DNA of 63,264 nucleotides, filler included, from Licmophora abbreviata (taxonomy: Eukaryota), in the NCBI GenBank assembly GCA_900291995.1. It is 11 parts of 11 records of this genome, joined end to end, with 100 filler letters (N's around TTAATTAATTAA, not from the genome) between each part and the next. Parts side by side here need not be neighbours in the genome. Positions count along the whole stretch, not along the records: positions 32,531 to 39,544 come from OLMU01004419.1; positions 39,645 to 47,264 come from OLMU01004420.1; positions 47,365 to 49,491 come from OLMU01004422.1; 8 more parts are not named here. One strand, 5' to 3'. The notes beneath the pieces were generated by a model. It searched no databases. It was not told the origin of the DNA and saw nothing but the letters and a program-made list of their open reading frames with translations. The first letter of the stretch is position 1; each line of letters begins with the position of its first letter. Below are positions 35,016 through 47,883 of the stretch, piece after piece. Both the position numbers and the translations under genes were made by a program.

Positions 35016-35509
35016 TCGTCGTCGTTGAAGCGAAGAGGCATAGTCGCGACTATCTTGAAACGATCGTCGTGGAGGAGCTATTCTTGCATTGCGATTAGTA
35101 GTTCTAGTGCTGTTGCTCCTCATGTGAGCACTGCAATACTACCAGATGGAGACTCGGTATGATAGTACTACGAATATGCACTGATGATGAGAGACTTGCG
35201 ACCGTTCGTTAGAGTGTTTGGTCATGGCCGGTGTGTGCCTCTTCGTCATCAATCACAATCGCGTGCCCGACGTATGATACGCACAGCCTTTTGATTTTTT
35301 TGAATTTGTGACGAAACCTCAGACGGTCACCGATGCCTGACAGACGTCAAACTGACTGACACACAGACAACGAATGCATTCCGCGCGGACGGCGATGATG
35401 TGAGATCGGCGCGTCAGGTCACTTCTTTCTGTGTGAGTGTTGACTGTCATTGTCATGAGTGAATGATGACACTTGAGTGATCCTCCAGAACATCACCACA
35501 TTGCCTACG

Positions 35510-38194
35510 ATGATGACGACGACGAGAAATAGTAGTAGTCTATTGAGGGCATCGCCTTTTGCATCCACGTCTTGGTCGGCACTCTACAACAGAAAATGCA
35601 AATCTGGAGTGTGGGGGGCGTCCTCCAAAATGTCGCCTCTGACGACGACATACCTGACCATGTCACGACGTTCGTTCGTTCACTTTTCATCGTCACGGCA
35701 GAAGGCTCGTCAGCAGAACCGTTCGTCCTCCTCCTTCTTTTCTTCTTCCTCGACAACACGAGACCCCGGTCTTCAGTGGTCTTCCGTAGCCAGTTTCCCA
35801 AAGGACGTCGGAGGACCGGAAGGTTTGCCCAGTCGCACGGAACAAGTCCAACGCTTGCAAAGTAAAGACACGTACGATGTCTTGATTGTCGGTGGCGGGG
35901 CCACAGGAGCAGGCTGTGCCTTGGACGCTGCCAGTCGTGGCAACTTGCGCGTCGCCTGCATCGAACGAGGAGACTTCGCGAGTGAAACCTCGTCGCGGAG
36001 TACCAAATTGATTTGGGCGGGAATCCGGTACTTGGCCACTGCCACTGTCAGTCTATTGAATGCATCCAATCTCTTGAATCATCCCATTACGACACTGCAA
36101 GAGTTTGGAGGTCAATTGAAGATGGTCTTGAACTGTCATCGGGAACGTCGGTATATGACAGACCGGCAAAGGCATCTTACGAATTGGATCCCCATTGCGA
36201 TTCCCTTTGATGCATGGCATATCGCTCCACCGCCCTTTGGACACAAGCTCTTTGGGTACTTTCCTATTCTTGCACCCGTGGTGTTGAAATTCTACGATGC
36301 GCTCAGTCACTTTACGTGTCCTCCGAGCTACATACTGACTCCCGAAAAGGCCAAGCAAGTGTTTCCGCAACTGCGACAACACGAACAAAACAAGCACAAA
36401 AACATCAAGTACTGTGCCGTCTTTTACGAGGCACAGCACAACGATGCTCGTACCAACATTAGTATTGCACTCTCTGCTGCTCAACATGGTGCACACATTG
36501 CCAATTATGTCGAAATGGTAGACACGATTCGGAATGAGGAAGGACGTGTTGTGGGAGTGCTTGCAGTGGATCGAATGACGAATACCAAATTTCCAATCAT
36601 GGCCAAGAAGGTGGTTCTGGCGGGTGGACCCTTTACCGATGTGCTTCGTGAGATGGAACATAAGAACGATGACGACGACGACGATGAAAACACGAAGAAC
36701 ACAATGGTTCCTGCAGTACATGGGGCCTCCGGGACACACATTGTCTTGCCAGGATACTTTTGCCCGAATCACGTGAGTAATTTTTCAATTACAATAAATT
36801 GGGTAATGTACCCTGCCTCGGGCGATCCAAGACGAGGGCATGTGACGTTTTCGAACGATTCCTCACACGCATTCTTTTTCACGCGCACAGATGGGACTGC
36901 TGGACTACAATACGTCGGACGGGCGTTTTCTCTTCTTTTTGCCTTGGCAGAATCACACATTGATTGGAACGACCGACAGGAAAGGCCCCGCTGAGACATC
37001 CCCGCATCCACCCGAAGACGAAGTCCAGTGGCTCCTGAACGAATGCAGCAAGTATCTGAGACCCGATTTGCAGGTGCGCCGTTCGGATGTCTTGAGCGCG
37101 TGGCGTGGGTGGCGTCCTCTGGCAGCGGATCCACACGCTCCTCCGGGCGCACCCGTGTCGCGGGATCATGTCATTTCGGAGAATCCAGAGACGGGGGTCT
37201 TATTCGTTGCGGGAGGAAAGTGGACGACATGGAGAGAGATGGCCGAAGAAGCGATTGATCGAGTAGTTGGTTCGGATGGACCGAAATGTCGAACGCTGGA
37301 CCTGACTCTGTTTGGTGGGGAAGGATGTAAGTGGTGGTTTGATTGCAGTTTAATCGTTGAAGGACGGCGTTACTTTGATTGCCAATGCTTCAGAAACACT
37401 AATGCCGTCGCCCCGTGTCGCTTGCCTCTCCTAATCATATCATTAAAGTCTCAGATCACCTGGCGGTCGACTTGATTCAAAAGCATGGAATGTCGCAAGA
37501 AACGGCGGAGCATATTGCTAGAACGTATGGAGGTCGGTCATGGGAAGTATGCAGACTCTCAAAACCGACGAGCAAGCTATGGCCCCGCTTTGGAGTTCCA
37601 CTGGTCGAGGGCTATCCATACGTGGATGCGGAAGTTGTTTATGCTTGTCGAGAGTATGCATGTACGATTGAAGATGTTCTGAGTCGAAGAACACGTCTTG
37701 CGTTCCTCAACAAGGACGCTGCTCTTGCTGCGATTCCCAAAGTGGCAGACATTATGGCCCGAGAGCTTGAATGGAGTGCAGATGTGAAAGCAAAGCAAAT
37801 CGTAGCGGCCCAAAACTACGTCCAGACGTATGCAGGCCGCATTCCTTCAAAAGCTGGATCGACTTTGCGAGAAGCGACGTACCGGGCTGTCGCGGATATT
37901 TTCAACGCCATTGATACGGACCACAATGGCTTTCTGGATCGGACGGAGATTGGGGAGGTTGCGGAGGTGCTGGGCTTCCCCATGTCGGATGGAGAACTCT
38001 CTGCTGCCTTCCAAGAAATGGATAAGGATGGGACAGGTCGAGTTAGTCTGGAGGAGTTTGAGGGCTGGTGGAACCTGTGTAGCAACCGGAAGACACAGAG
38101 CGCCTTCCACAAGAAGCTCTCGCGCGAACTCGGCGTTGGTGGACTCAAACAAGAAAGTCTGACAAATATGGGAAGTGGAGTGTTTCTAGGATAG
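35510..38194 (+). CDS. GPD2: Mitochondrial FAD-dependent glycerol-3-phosphate dehydrogenase with two EF-hands; introns 36773-36890 and 37327-37448
   Basis: Arg/Ser-rich presequence; DVLIVGGGATGAGCALDAASRG, TSSRSTKL, HNDART, GGKWTTWREMAEE, DVLSRRTRLAF; EF loops DTDHNGFLDRTE and DKDGTGRVSLEE. Confidence 0.92.
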
Positions 38195-38522
38195 ATCGTA
38201 ATAGGTAAATGTGTGAGTGTTAGGAAGACGTATCTGTTCTGTGGGACCGCGAAAAGGTCTTTGCATTTAGAACCCCGTCTGGCCGCCAACGAGCGGGGCT
38301 CAGATACGAGCTACGAAATTTGCTTTGAAGATTGCGAGCTTTTTGGGATCGACTCACTCGACTCACTCACGATTTGATTCTTGATTCGTTTGCCACATGC
38401 CACATGGACCATGGTGGACACAGCCGGCGACAGGGTGCATAGTGTACCACGGTAGAAGCCGTTCGATTGTCTCATTCTCTCAGTGTCTCTCCACTTAGTC
38501 CCATTCTTCGTCTCTAGTCACC

Positions 38523-40709
38523 ATGATGGAAGAAATCACCCTGACGGGAGCGACGTTAACGTCCAACGAAAACACAACGCACAACAGCCACAGTGCTCAT
38601 GCTGCAGGTCTTGAACTGACGGCGCAGTCCAGCGGGCACTCGAATGCGCACTCTCACTCGCATCATACCAATCAGAAGCCATGCTGCTCGGATCACGCTG
38701 CGAATACGCAGCAACAAATGAACTTGATTCCGTCCAAAGCTAGTATCGAACAGCTTCTGCGCTCGCCCACCCCGGACCTGTTCCAAGCCTTGTCCGCTGT
38801 GATTCGCATGAGTCAATATGAAGTCTTTGAAGCCATCATGAAAGAGGGTCTCTTAGAACAAGAGCATGCCAGCAAAAAAGAGGAAGTCTTGAACAGACTT
38901 GGGGCCGACGGGCATTCCTTGGTGCACTGGGCGGCCAAGCGAGGTGCGCTCGTGTGTCCGTGTGTGAATCTGTTTTTAGTGTTCGTACAAGTGGGCTCTC
39001 ACGATCTTGGATCCCAATATCTTCCTCCTGCCAGTTGATGACATTCGCTTTCTCAAGTTGCTTGTCGAGAATGTCACACCGGCCACCACCGACGTGCCGT
39101 CCAAGGACGACGTCGGCATGCGCCCGCTCCACTGGGCCTGCACCGAGGGCAACATCCCGCACGTCTCGCTCCTCCTCCAGAGCGGCGCGTCGCTCGAAAG
39201 TCGCGATGCGAGTGGCTGTACTCCGCTGCTCATATCCGCACAGTATGGTCATGTGCGCGTCGTCGCGTACTTGCTTCAACACGGTGCCAACATTCATGCC
39301 CTTGATAATTCCAACGACAGCGCATTGCACTGGGCTGCCTACAAGGGAAGTATGGAAGTCTGTGGGCTGCTTGTCTTTCAGAGGAGTCTGAACTGGAACT
39401 CTGTGGATGTGTATAAACAAACGCCGCTGCATTTGGCGAGTCTGCGTGGACACACGCCCGTGGTGAGGTACATTCTGCAGCAGTTGAGCAAGAGCGAGCA
39501 GCGTGAGCTGCTGTGTTTGCAAGACAAGAATCAAAAGACGCCGTNNNNNNNNNNNNNNNNNNNNNNNNNNNNNNNNNNNNNNNNNNNNTTAATTAATTAA
39601 NNNNNNNNNNNNNNNNNNNNNNNNNNNNNNNNNNNNNNNNNNNNAACCATGGAATCCTTGGAACCTAGTTCGCGCAAGACAGTTCTGCGAAAGTTACGAT
39701 TGACGCTGCGAGAATTCTTTTCGTTGCACTCGTGGAGGTTGTGGATGGGTTGCCATACGTTTCAAGATGAAGCAGACGAGAGTCCAAAGTTTCCGCTCTA
39801 TTTCGTGCTTCTCGTCATGTCTACTGCTGCCTTGTTCTATCCGTTGGTATTTTTGCCCGTCACCAATACGTCAAAAGGTGTTTTGTGGGATTACATGAGA
39901 CTTCACTTTTTCGCGCTTTCGTGCCAGGCAGTATTGTGGTGGAGTCTGTACAAGACATATTCTACCAATCCAGGCACCTTGGACGATCTTAATCCAATGA
40001 CGCCAAGCCTTCGACGGCTGTATGAAGAGACGTTGGAATCTTATTCAAAGGCAGATTGCAGCAACGACACGGTAAGGGTGACGACGGACTCTGGGTGCTG
40101 GCTTGCGATCACAACGGAGCACAGTTTTTCTGACCTTAGCACTTCGACTCTTCCGTGTCTGCTACGCAGCCTCTCTGCCACACATGTCATATCGCCAGAC
40201 CCTTGCGATCCAAGCACTGCCGCGTGGCACGCCATTGCATCTTGATGTTTGACCACCATTGTCCGTTTGTGGGAGCGACGGTTGGCCTCTACAACTACAA
40301 GTGGTTTTACCTATTCTTGCTCTCGTTGACGCTCTCTGAGGTTGGATTCATCTTTACATTAGGAGTTTACATGTCGCGTCAAATGGTAGTGCCCTGGGGT
40401 ACCTTGTTCTGTGGTATGTTTGTGGCGTTTTTCTTTCTACCGGCGGCTGGCATGTTGATCTATCACACTCAGCTGACGGCAATGAACTTAACGACGAACG
40501 AGCACCAGAACCTGCGGCGATACAAGTATCTGCAAAACGAGAGGGGACAGTACAGCAATCCCTTCTCTCGCGGTATCATGAGAAACATGCTCGATCGCTT
40601 TTCACCCAGTGAATCATCATACACAATTCGCCGATCTGACAACCAAGAGTATCATTCTCTGATGCAGGGTCGAGAGGCGTTGAATGGCGATGTAGTATGG
40701 ACCGTCTGA
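38523..40709 (+). CDS. Ankyrin-repeat DHHC palmitoyltransferase (Akr1/ZDHHC17-like); introns 38944-39034 and 40072-40169; spans gap 39545-39644
   Basis: Several ankyrin repeats, then LCHTCHIARPLRSKHC..FDHHCPFVG and NLTTNE. Confidence 0.92.
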
Positions 40710-40720
40710 AAATTAAACTT

Positions 40721-42796
40721 CTAGAAGCCAGGTGGCGCAAAAATATCTTCTTTCTTTCGTGCTATGGCTAGCACCTTGTAGCGTTCGCCCATATGTTCCG
40801 GCTGGACCAATCGCTCCAACGCGTGATACAAATCTGCAGCTTGCTCTTCCGTCGTCGCGTCATCTTCAATCAACTGGATCACACGTTGCATAGCACCGCA
40901 TGCCGCTAGGAACTTGCCTTGCGTCACAGGCCCAAAAGCACGGGGCAAAGTATTGGCGGATGAGTCCCCGTCGTGCTTCGCATTGACTGCGTGCCGCAAC
41001 GCTTCAAAATCCACGTCGGCGGTCACGTCCACTGTTCCAGGCCGGCTGAGCACGTGAACCTGTTCGTGCCGAGAGAAAGCCCGAATGCTATCGGTCGAAC
41101 CCTCCTGGCCGTAGTCTACGATCAGAGCTGCGCCTGTTGTCTTTTCCAGCAGCTGTGCGATATCTTGCACCAACAGAATGCCCTCGGGACACACTTCGCA
41201 CACATCTCCCACCAGCGCCTGGTCGTCGTGCTGCATGTTTCCAGACCCGTCGACCTTTAGCAACGTTTGCAACGCGGGAGTGGTATTGGGGGACAACACA
41301 TACGTAAGTCGAGGTTTCAACTCTGATGTGACGTTTTCGCTTGGTTCCTCCGCGGCCTGCTTGTCCCCATCTCGTTGCACAGCGACATCGACCAGGCGTT
41401 CTCTCCAGCCATCCTCCGTCTTTTCGAATTGATGAACTGGCAGTGCATCAATGAGCTCTTGACAAATAATAAAGGACGGCAGCTGCGAAGTTCCCTCTCC
41501 ACTGGTTGTCTCCCGAACAACGGAAGCAAAGGACTCGTGCCATGTCACTCGTATTGCATTCATCGTTTCATCAATAGAATGTTTTTCGTCACTTGTCGAG
41601 TCCTCCGACTCTGCTTCCTGGTCTTTTATAAAGACACTGTCCAGTGCAGTCTTAAAAACAAATCGAATGGTTCCATTCTCACTTGCCAGCTTCGACAGCT
41701 GCCGTTCTTGTTCAGACCGCATAGCCGGACTTCGTTCTACCAAGTGAATCTGTCGACACGACGCACCAAACGTGGGATGCTGAAGCGACGTCCTCAACAC
41801 ATCCACCAGCAACGTCCCCTTCCCGGGACCTAGTTCGATGAATTGGAAACTTGATGGCCGTCCCATAGTTTCGTATTGAGTGATGAACCAAACACACAGG
41901 CATTCACCAAATACCTGGGATACTTCAGGCGCTGTGACAAAGTCGCCGCGACGACCGATAATGGAATCTGCTTTTGCAGTTGCATCACTGCTACTACCAT
42001 CGACCATCGCTGAGGGTGCATCAGCCTCTTGATCCCAATCGTTATCAACCGGATTCACGTCAATCTCTGTATCCTCATCAAATATATCCTGCTCCTCTCG
42101 TCGCATGGTAGGATTCGTATAGTAGCCATACTGGGGATGTGTCAACGCTTGCCGCATGTATTCCGCCACCGTAATCGGCGCCCCTCGTACCGAGATGTAC
42201 GCAGCGAGTTCATTCATCAAGGGCGTCGCCAGTTCATAGCCTTTCCAGTCTTGACGCCCAGCTGAATGCATTCTGGGATCGTACAAGTCATTCAGATCAA
42301 TCATGGCTTCCGTGAGATCGCGTTTGACCACCCCCGAAGCATCCGCGTTGAATGCTGGAGGCCTGCTTGGATCGAAAGTAGGGTTATGCGTCTCCAGCCA
42401 CTCAACATGAGAATCAAGATTTGTTTGGAGAATAGAGGTTGTAGGGAGGATTGGTCTGGAAGAAGCAGGGGACGGAGGGGGAGTGACTGGAGGAACAGGC
42501 ACTGCCTCAGTTTTGACAACATCAGTGTCGCTCTCAGCAGGAGATTCTGGGTGACTCGCATCCACGGCATCTTGCTCCTGTTCTTTTTTCTTGGCTGCGA
42601 CTCTTTGTTGTCGTCTGGTGGCTAGCCATCTCTGAAAGACTACCGTGGAGAGGGGAGAAGTCAATGGAACCGAACCGATGAAAGCAGCAGCATCCCCGAC
42701 AGGAAGACCAATCAATCTTGATCTACTGGCAGAGCTCAATATCACTCGTTTGTGAAAATTTAAACTCCACCGATGAACGGACGTCGGAGAGAACAT
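40721..42796 (-). CDS. NDUFAF7: NDUFAF7/MidA SAM-dependent methyltransferase (complex I assembly)
   Basis: ITVAEYMRQALTHPQYGYY, GDFVTAPEVSQVFGE, IELGPGKGTL, ELIDALPVHQF, DVTADVDF, MGERYKV; mitochondrial-like presequence. Confidence 0.92.
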   Translation of the reverse strand: MFSPTSVHRWSLNFHKRVILSSASRSRLIGLPVGDAAAFIGSVPLTSPLSTVVFQRWLATRRQQRVAAKKKEQEQDAVDASHPESPAESDTDVVKTEAVPVPPVTPPPSPASSRPILPTTSILQTNLDSHVEWLETHNPTFDPSRPPAFNADASGVVKRDLTEAMIDLNDLYDPRMHSAGRQDWKGYELATPLMNELAAYISVRGAPITVAEYMRQALTHPQYGYYTNPTMRREEQDIFDEDTEIDVNPVDNDWDQEADAPSAMVDGSSSDATAKADSIIGRRGDFVTAPEVSQVFGECLCVWFITQYETMGRPSSFQFIELGPGKGTLLVDVLRTSLQHPTFGASCRQIHLVERSPAMRSEQERQLSKLASENGTIRFVFKTALDSVFIKDQEAESEDSTSDEKHSIDETMNAIRVTWHESFASVVRETTSGEGTSQLPSFIICQELIDALPVHQFEKTEDGWRERLVDVAVQRDGDKQAAEEPSENVTSELKPRLTYVLSPNTTPALQTLLKVDGSGNMQHDDQALVGDVCEVCPEGILLVQDIAQLLEKTTGAALIVDYGQEGSTDSIRAFSRHEQVHVLSRPGTVDVTADVDFEALRHAVNAKHDGDSSANTLPRAFGPVTQGKFLAACGAMQRVIQLIEDDATTEEQAADLYHALERLVQPEHMGERYKVLAIARKKEDIFAPPGF

Positions 42797-43147
42797 GATT
42801 CGAGCGGAGCCGCTTCTGGATAAGCAGACTGAACGGGCGATCAGCGGTCACAAAGATGATCGCCATGGTGCAGACCACGTTTAGTCCAACCGCGCGGCAG
42901 AAGTAGTCGAGTCAGTCGAGTGAGTCAGGCACAGTGTAGTGTTTTCCTTCAAAACATTCCTGATTCCTTCCACCGAATGTTCTTCCACGGTCTGGCCGTC
43001 GCTCACAAGGCAAGTTGAAGTGTATCTTGAGAATCGTATCTTTCGCGCCAAACAACTTCACGTTGTCCCACGCGATGCGTGTGTGCCTGTAGAAGCGACG
43101 TTCGCCTCACAATTCGATCTAGTAACCGAGTTTGCCCTTATCGCATC

Positions 43148-43747
43148 ATGAAGCTTGCCATCGCCGCCTCCCTTGTCGCCTCCGCTGCCGCCTTCGCCCC
43201 GTCGAAGAGCTCGGTCCGCTCCTCGGTCGCCACCAACATGGCGTTCGACGACGAACTCGGAGTCCAGCCTCCTCTTGGATTCTTCGATCCCCTCGGCATG
43301 CTCGACGGAGCCAGCGAGGAACGTTTCGAGCGTCTCCGCTTGATCGAGCTCAAGCACGGACGTATCTCCATGCTTGCCGTTGCTGGATTCCTCACCACCG
43401 CGGGCGGTGTCCGTCTTCCGGGAGACATTGACTACTCCGGAACCTCTTTCGAGTCCATCCCTGCCGGATTCGCCGCCCTGTCCGTCGTCCCCAAGGAGGG
43501 AGTCGGCCAGATCCTCGCCTTTGTCTTGGCTTTGGAGTTCATCATGCGCGACAACAGCGGAACTGGTGAATTCATCGGTGACTTCCGTAGTGGAACCATC
43601 GACTTCGGCTGGGACACCTTTGATGAAGAGACCAAGCTATCCAAGCGTGCCATCGAGCTCAACAACGGCCGTGCCGCCATGATGGGAATCTTGGGTCTCA
43701 TGGTCCATGAGCAGCTTGGAAACCTCGGAACCGTCATCCCCATCTAA
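43148..43747 (+). CDS. LHCF: Fucoxanthin-chlorophyll a/c binding protein (Lhcf type)
   Basis: ASAAAFAP presequence; ELGVQPPLGFFDPLG, ELKHGRISMLA, ELNNGRAAMMG. Confidence 0.96.
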   Translation: MKLAIAASLVASAAAFAPSKSSVRSSVATNMAFDDELGVQPPLGFFDPLGMLDGASEERFERLRLIELKHGRISMLAVAGFLTTAGGVRLPGDIDYSGTSFESIPAGFAALSVVPKEGVGQILAFVLALEFIMRDNSGTGEFIGDFRSGTIDFGWDTFDEETKLSKRAIELNNGRAAMMGILGLMVHEQLGNLGTVIPI

Positions 43748-44486
43748 GAAGGGACTGACTGTATCAGATCTATGCGATGCACTGTATGATAGTTAATCTT
43801 TAAGCACAAACGAGAGTTATCGTACAAAGAAACTACTTTCTAGTCAATAGCCGTTGAAAACAATACGGGTCCTTCGTTCGAGGATAGGTCAGGTGAACAG
43901 ACGCGTACAGCGCGACCCCACCACATGTACAACGATCTGCCTTGGATTTGTTCTGGTAAACCGGTACATCGTTCTTTCGTCGAAGACCGTTTGACACGCG
44001 GAACTGACGAGTAGAGGTCCCTCGAAAGAAGGCACCAAAGTCTTCGAGGGGACCGCACGCGGCAGAACTCGAGATCGTATGGACATCTTATGAGTCATTT
44101 CTCCTTTTCAAACCTTATCGCAGTTGCAAGATCACTAGGAAAAGAGAAAATAGGCTGGAATCCTTCACTATCGGTAGCCATGACGGTCCATCGAGAAGGT
44201 CGGTCGCGAAGGGCGCGAAGAATCTTGGAGAGAAAATAGAATTGATGTTGGAAATGAGATTCCGCATTCCATGGTACCAGTTTTGCGCGCGCCGGCTCCT
44301 CACAACCACGAAAATGTTTTGCGCGCCATTTTTGTAGCAATCAGTGCGCACATCGTAGAACTTTTGCACACGAACACATCATCATCACACATCATAGGAC
44401 TTAGATGACCTCTGTCTTCAACTCTTTCAAGCGACATTAATGAGCTATTATTCACTGCAACAGAAGTCATTCTCTCAATTAGTACC

Positions 44487-45531
44487 ATGTCTTATTTTGG
44501 TCGATCTCCGATAGTTTTGGTGTTGATACCCTGGATTGCCTTCTTCTTTTTCGCGGCTTTCTTGATTCGACCGATTCTCGCTGAATTTTCATCATCATCA
44601 TCACGATGGACCTTGCCTCCGCGATCCACTGCCGTCGTGACGGGTGGAACCAAGGGCATTGGGCATGCCGTTGTCGAGGAATTGGCCTCCTCGTTACAAT
44701 GTCGAGTCTTGACGTGCAGTCGGAATCAAGAAGATCTTGACCAGTGCATAGATGACTGGAATCGACAGGGTCTGGACGTCGAGGGTGTCGTGGCCGATGT
44801 CGCGACACCCGAGGGCCGAGAAGTGCTGGTCTCAGCTATTCAAACGTTCTTGGGCGAGGATTCACAGCTTGACATACTGGTCAATAATGTCGGTACCAAT
44901 GTACGGAAGCCCTCCGCTGAGTATACGGAGGAAGAGGTAGAATTCGTCTGGAGAACCAACTTTTCCAGTATGTTTCACGTCACAACTGCTTGTCTGAAGT
45001 TCTTACAACGATCCGACAAGTCGCACAGAGGTAGCTCGGTTGTCAATATTGGAAGTGTGGCAGGCGTAACGTGTATGAAATCTGGTACTCCTTATGCAGC
45101 CACCAAGGCCGCCATGAACCAGTTGACGGGCAATTGGGCATGCGAGTGGGGGCCGCTGGGCGTACGAGTGAACTGCGTGGCACCATGGTATATCAATACT
45201 CCTTTGGCTCAACAAGTGTTGAAGAATGAAGACTACAAGCGGTGAGTTGATACTAGTGTTCTACAGTAGTATTGGATTAGTGTGTGAAAGCATATATATG
45301 GGTGTGATGCATCTGACACGCGCGAGCGTCTCCCCTCGTCGACATATATCGTCTGTTTCCCGCAGTTCCGTGTTAGAACGCACGCCACTGGGACGGGTAG
45401 GTGAGCCGTCCGAAGTTGCAGGAGTGGTAGCCTTCTTGTGTCTTCCTGCTGCTGGCTACGTTACCGGCCAAGTTATTTCGGTGGACGGAGGCTTTACCCG
45501 GAATGGATACTACGATCCATTCTACAAGTAG
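44487..45531 (+). CDS. Tropinone-reductase-like SDR with N-terminal hydrophobic anchor; intron 45242-45365
   Basis: [44 protein letters not shown]. Confidence 0.9.
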
Positions 45532-45662
45532 ATGCACTGTCGACTCCTACGAGCATGTATTTTTGAAGCTTTCACCATTCAAGCTATTAAAAAGACACAT
45601 TATCGAGTTCCTAGCCTCCTAGATCGCCAAGTTCATGATGTGCACTCTCACACCACTCTCGC

Positions 45663-46872
45663 CTATGCTTGTTCCACTTTGGCTGGTACATCCATGAAGA
45701 AGTCATTGATCGTATCGGTGTAGTAATCAGGTGTGATTGTATTCTCCGGACTCAACAACTTTTCTTCCGACGTGACTCCACTCAAGACCAAGACGCTCTG
45801 CAAACCATTGTCGGTTCCAAACAAGACATCGGTATCAAGTCGATCGCCGACCATACAGATTCGACTCTTCTCGCACCCCAACTTGTCAGACAGGTAATCA
45901 ATCATAAGAGGAGACGGCTTGCCAACCACCGTTGGTTCCTGCCCTGTACATCCTTTGATAGCACCGACCATACTGCCGTTGCCGGCCCACTCTTGTGCAT
46001 CCGTCAAGTGCGTCACTGCATCGAGGTTGGTGGCAATGAATTCACAATTTTCATTCTCGTTAATGCACAACTGCGCGTACTGAATCTTGTAGTAGTTGAC
46101 GAACCGATCAAATCCCACAATGACCGCACCCACATCCTCATCGTGCTCCAACATACCACCGGGACCCATATCCGGCTGACGATCCTTATCCTCCGGTCCA
46201 CCGATCCACGGGACCCCAATCAAGTCCAACTCTTCACAAATCCCCACTTCCCCCACAATGTAAACCTTCTTACCCGTCTCTTTGAAGTTGGTCTGTTCCA
46301 AATAGGCAGCGGCAGCAAAGGAACTGCTAAAAATTTCTTGGGCCGGAACATCCGTCAATCCGAGCGAGTCAAACTTCTTCTTGTAGCCCGCACGCGATTT
46401 CGTACTATTGTTGGTGACAAAGTACATCTTCTTGCCCAAGGCACGGAGCTTCTGGAGCGTCTCGGGAATACCGTCAATCAAAGAATCGCCCTGCATTTAG
46501 AAACGTTGGAGAACGAAATAAAGTAGCAAAAGGGAGCGTTTGTTAGAGAAACTTTTACTCAAGAACACGATGCTTGTCTGAATTGTCGAATACTACTATA
46601 ACTACGATACGTACTCTCCAGATGACACCATCACAATCAAAGATGAATACATCCGTCTTGTCCAGAAGCTGTGACATGGGTTCACTGAGTTTCGCAACAT
46701 TGGCACGGAGCATCGTACCGCTGAGAGCACGGCGTTGTATCGGCCACGACGACGAAACAAGCTTCTTGGAAACAGCATGACGCGTCGACGAAGCGACGCC
46801 GAACGCTCGAGGAGCAAAGGCCGAGGAAGACGAGATGAGTAAGGAACTCAAAGCGAGCATTGTGAACTTCAT
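45663..46872 (-). CDS. PGP: Plastid-targeted phosphoglycolate phosphatase (HAD IIA); intron 46491-46614
   Basis: SSSAFAP presequence; FIFDCDGVIW, FVTNNSTKSR, VVGKPS, MVGDRLDTD. Confidence 0.93.
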
Positions 46873-47364
46873 GGTATGCAAAGGCGAGATTGCTCCTTGT
46901 TGTCTCTTTTAGTCTCTACAATGAACGAGAACGACACTCTTGTCATCATGTTCAACCAGCAAAACGTGAGCGCAAAACCCTTTTGGCGGGAAAGAAGTGA
47001 CGTGGTCGGGTCGAATCATTCGACTCATTCATCAATTCAATCGGTGTTCGTCTGGCCGGTGACACTCTCACTTTCAACTTCCTCAACAAAAAGCCCAACG
47101 CAAATAGTATAGTACTCCGAGTAGCAGACAACGACGGGACTGTGTGGAGTGCTCTGTTGTCGCTTACAGCTCTGTGAGCATTTTTTCTTCCTCTGCACCG
47201 GCTCGCAATTGCTCTTATAGTCTTTATAACAAGAAAACATGGTAAGAACGGCGATGAAAAAGGANNNNNNNNNNNNNNNNNNNNNNNNNNNNNNNNNNNN
47301 NNNNNNNNTTAATTAATTAANNNNNNNNNNNNNNNNNNNNNNNNNNNNNNNNNNNNNNNNNNNN

Positions 47365-47559
47365 GTGCTCCAAGGACTTGCCATTGACTCCTCTGACACC
47401 CCTCTTGCCATGAACAGCGAATGCCTTCCAATGGAAATTGATGCTTTGAACCCGTTGCAAGGAGCGGCCAGTAGTGCTGGCTTCGTACCTGAGTTCGTTT
47501 CGACAGAGGAAGAGTGGATCAGACTGAAGAAACTGACCTCAGGGCAGAACCAGATCTGA
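47365..47559 (+). CDS. Possible 3' fragment of a gene mostly hidden in a gap
   Basis: Frame is open from the gap edge for 64 codons; no recognisable motif. Confidence 0.3.
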   Translation: MLQGLAIDSSDTPLAMNSECLPMEIDALNPLQGAASSAGFVPEFVSTEEEWIRLKKLTSGQNQI

Positions 47560-47883
47560 CGGAATCGTCTCTGAATTCAACCAGCCCCGCGAGTGCTTTC
47601 CCAGCTTCTCTGCCCTTCGGTGTGGTCTTTACATCGGCTCTAATTTCTTTGTTTGCGCTATAGAAGAAGGCACCTTCGGCTTATAGGCTGCGAATCTAAT
47701 GGGAGTTCCTGCGCATCACGATAGTTACTTATGTGTAGACCATTCTCTAGCTACTAGATGAAACTCGACTGTCTCAGTGACAATTGTAGGCTGTCCCTTC
47801 TCTTTTCTCCATCCGCACTCGTTGCCCCGATACGAGTTTGAGCGCCTTCACTCCCCAGCGTAAATGATAACTTACACAGTCCC

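Noticed and set aside
43840..44480. Small gene or box C/D snoRNA between LHCF and the SDR
   Set aside because: The short ORFs lack motifs, and the C/D-like boxes on the minus strand are too close together with no terminal stem or guide that I could identify.
45669..46526. Long antisense ORFs (also 56766-57401, 61243-61785, 54542-55132, 36053-36772)
   Set aside because: They mirror conserved genes on the opposite strand and show no motifs, as expected from codon bias.
2..46872. Photorespiration cluster (glycine decarboxylase P + PGP) or N-glycan cluster (GnT I + EDEM)
   Set aside because: The genes are 20-45 kb apart with many unrelated genes between them, which is consistent with chance.
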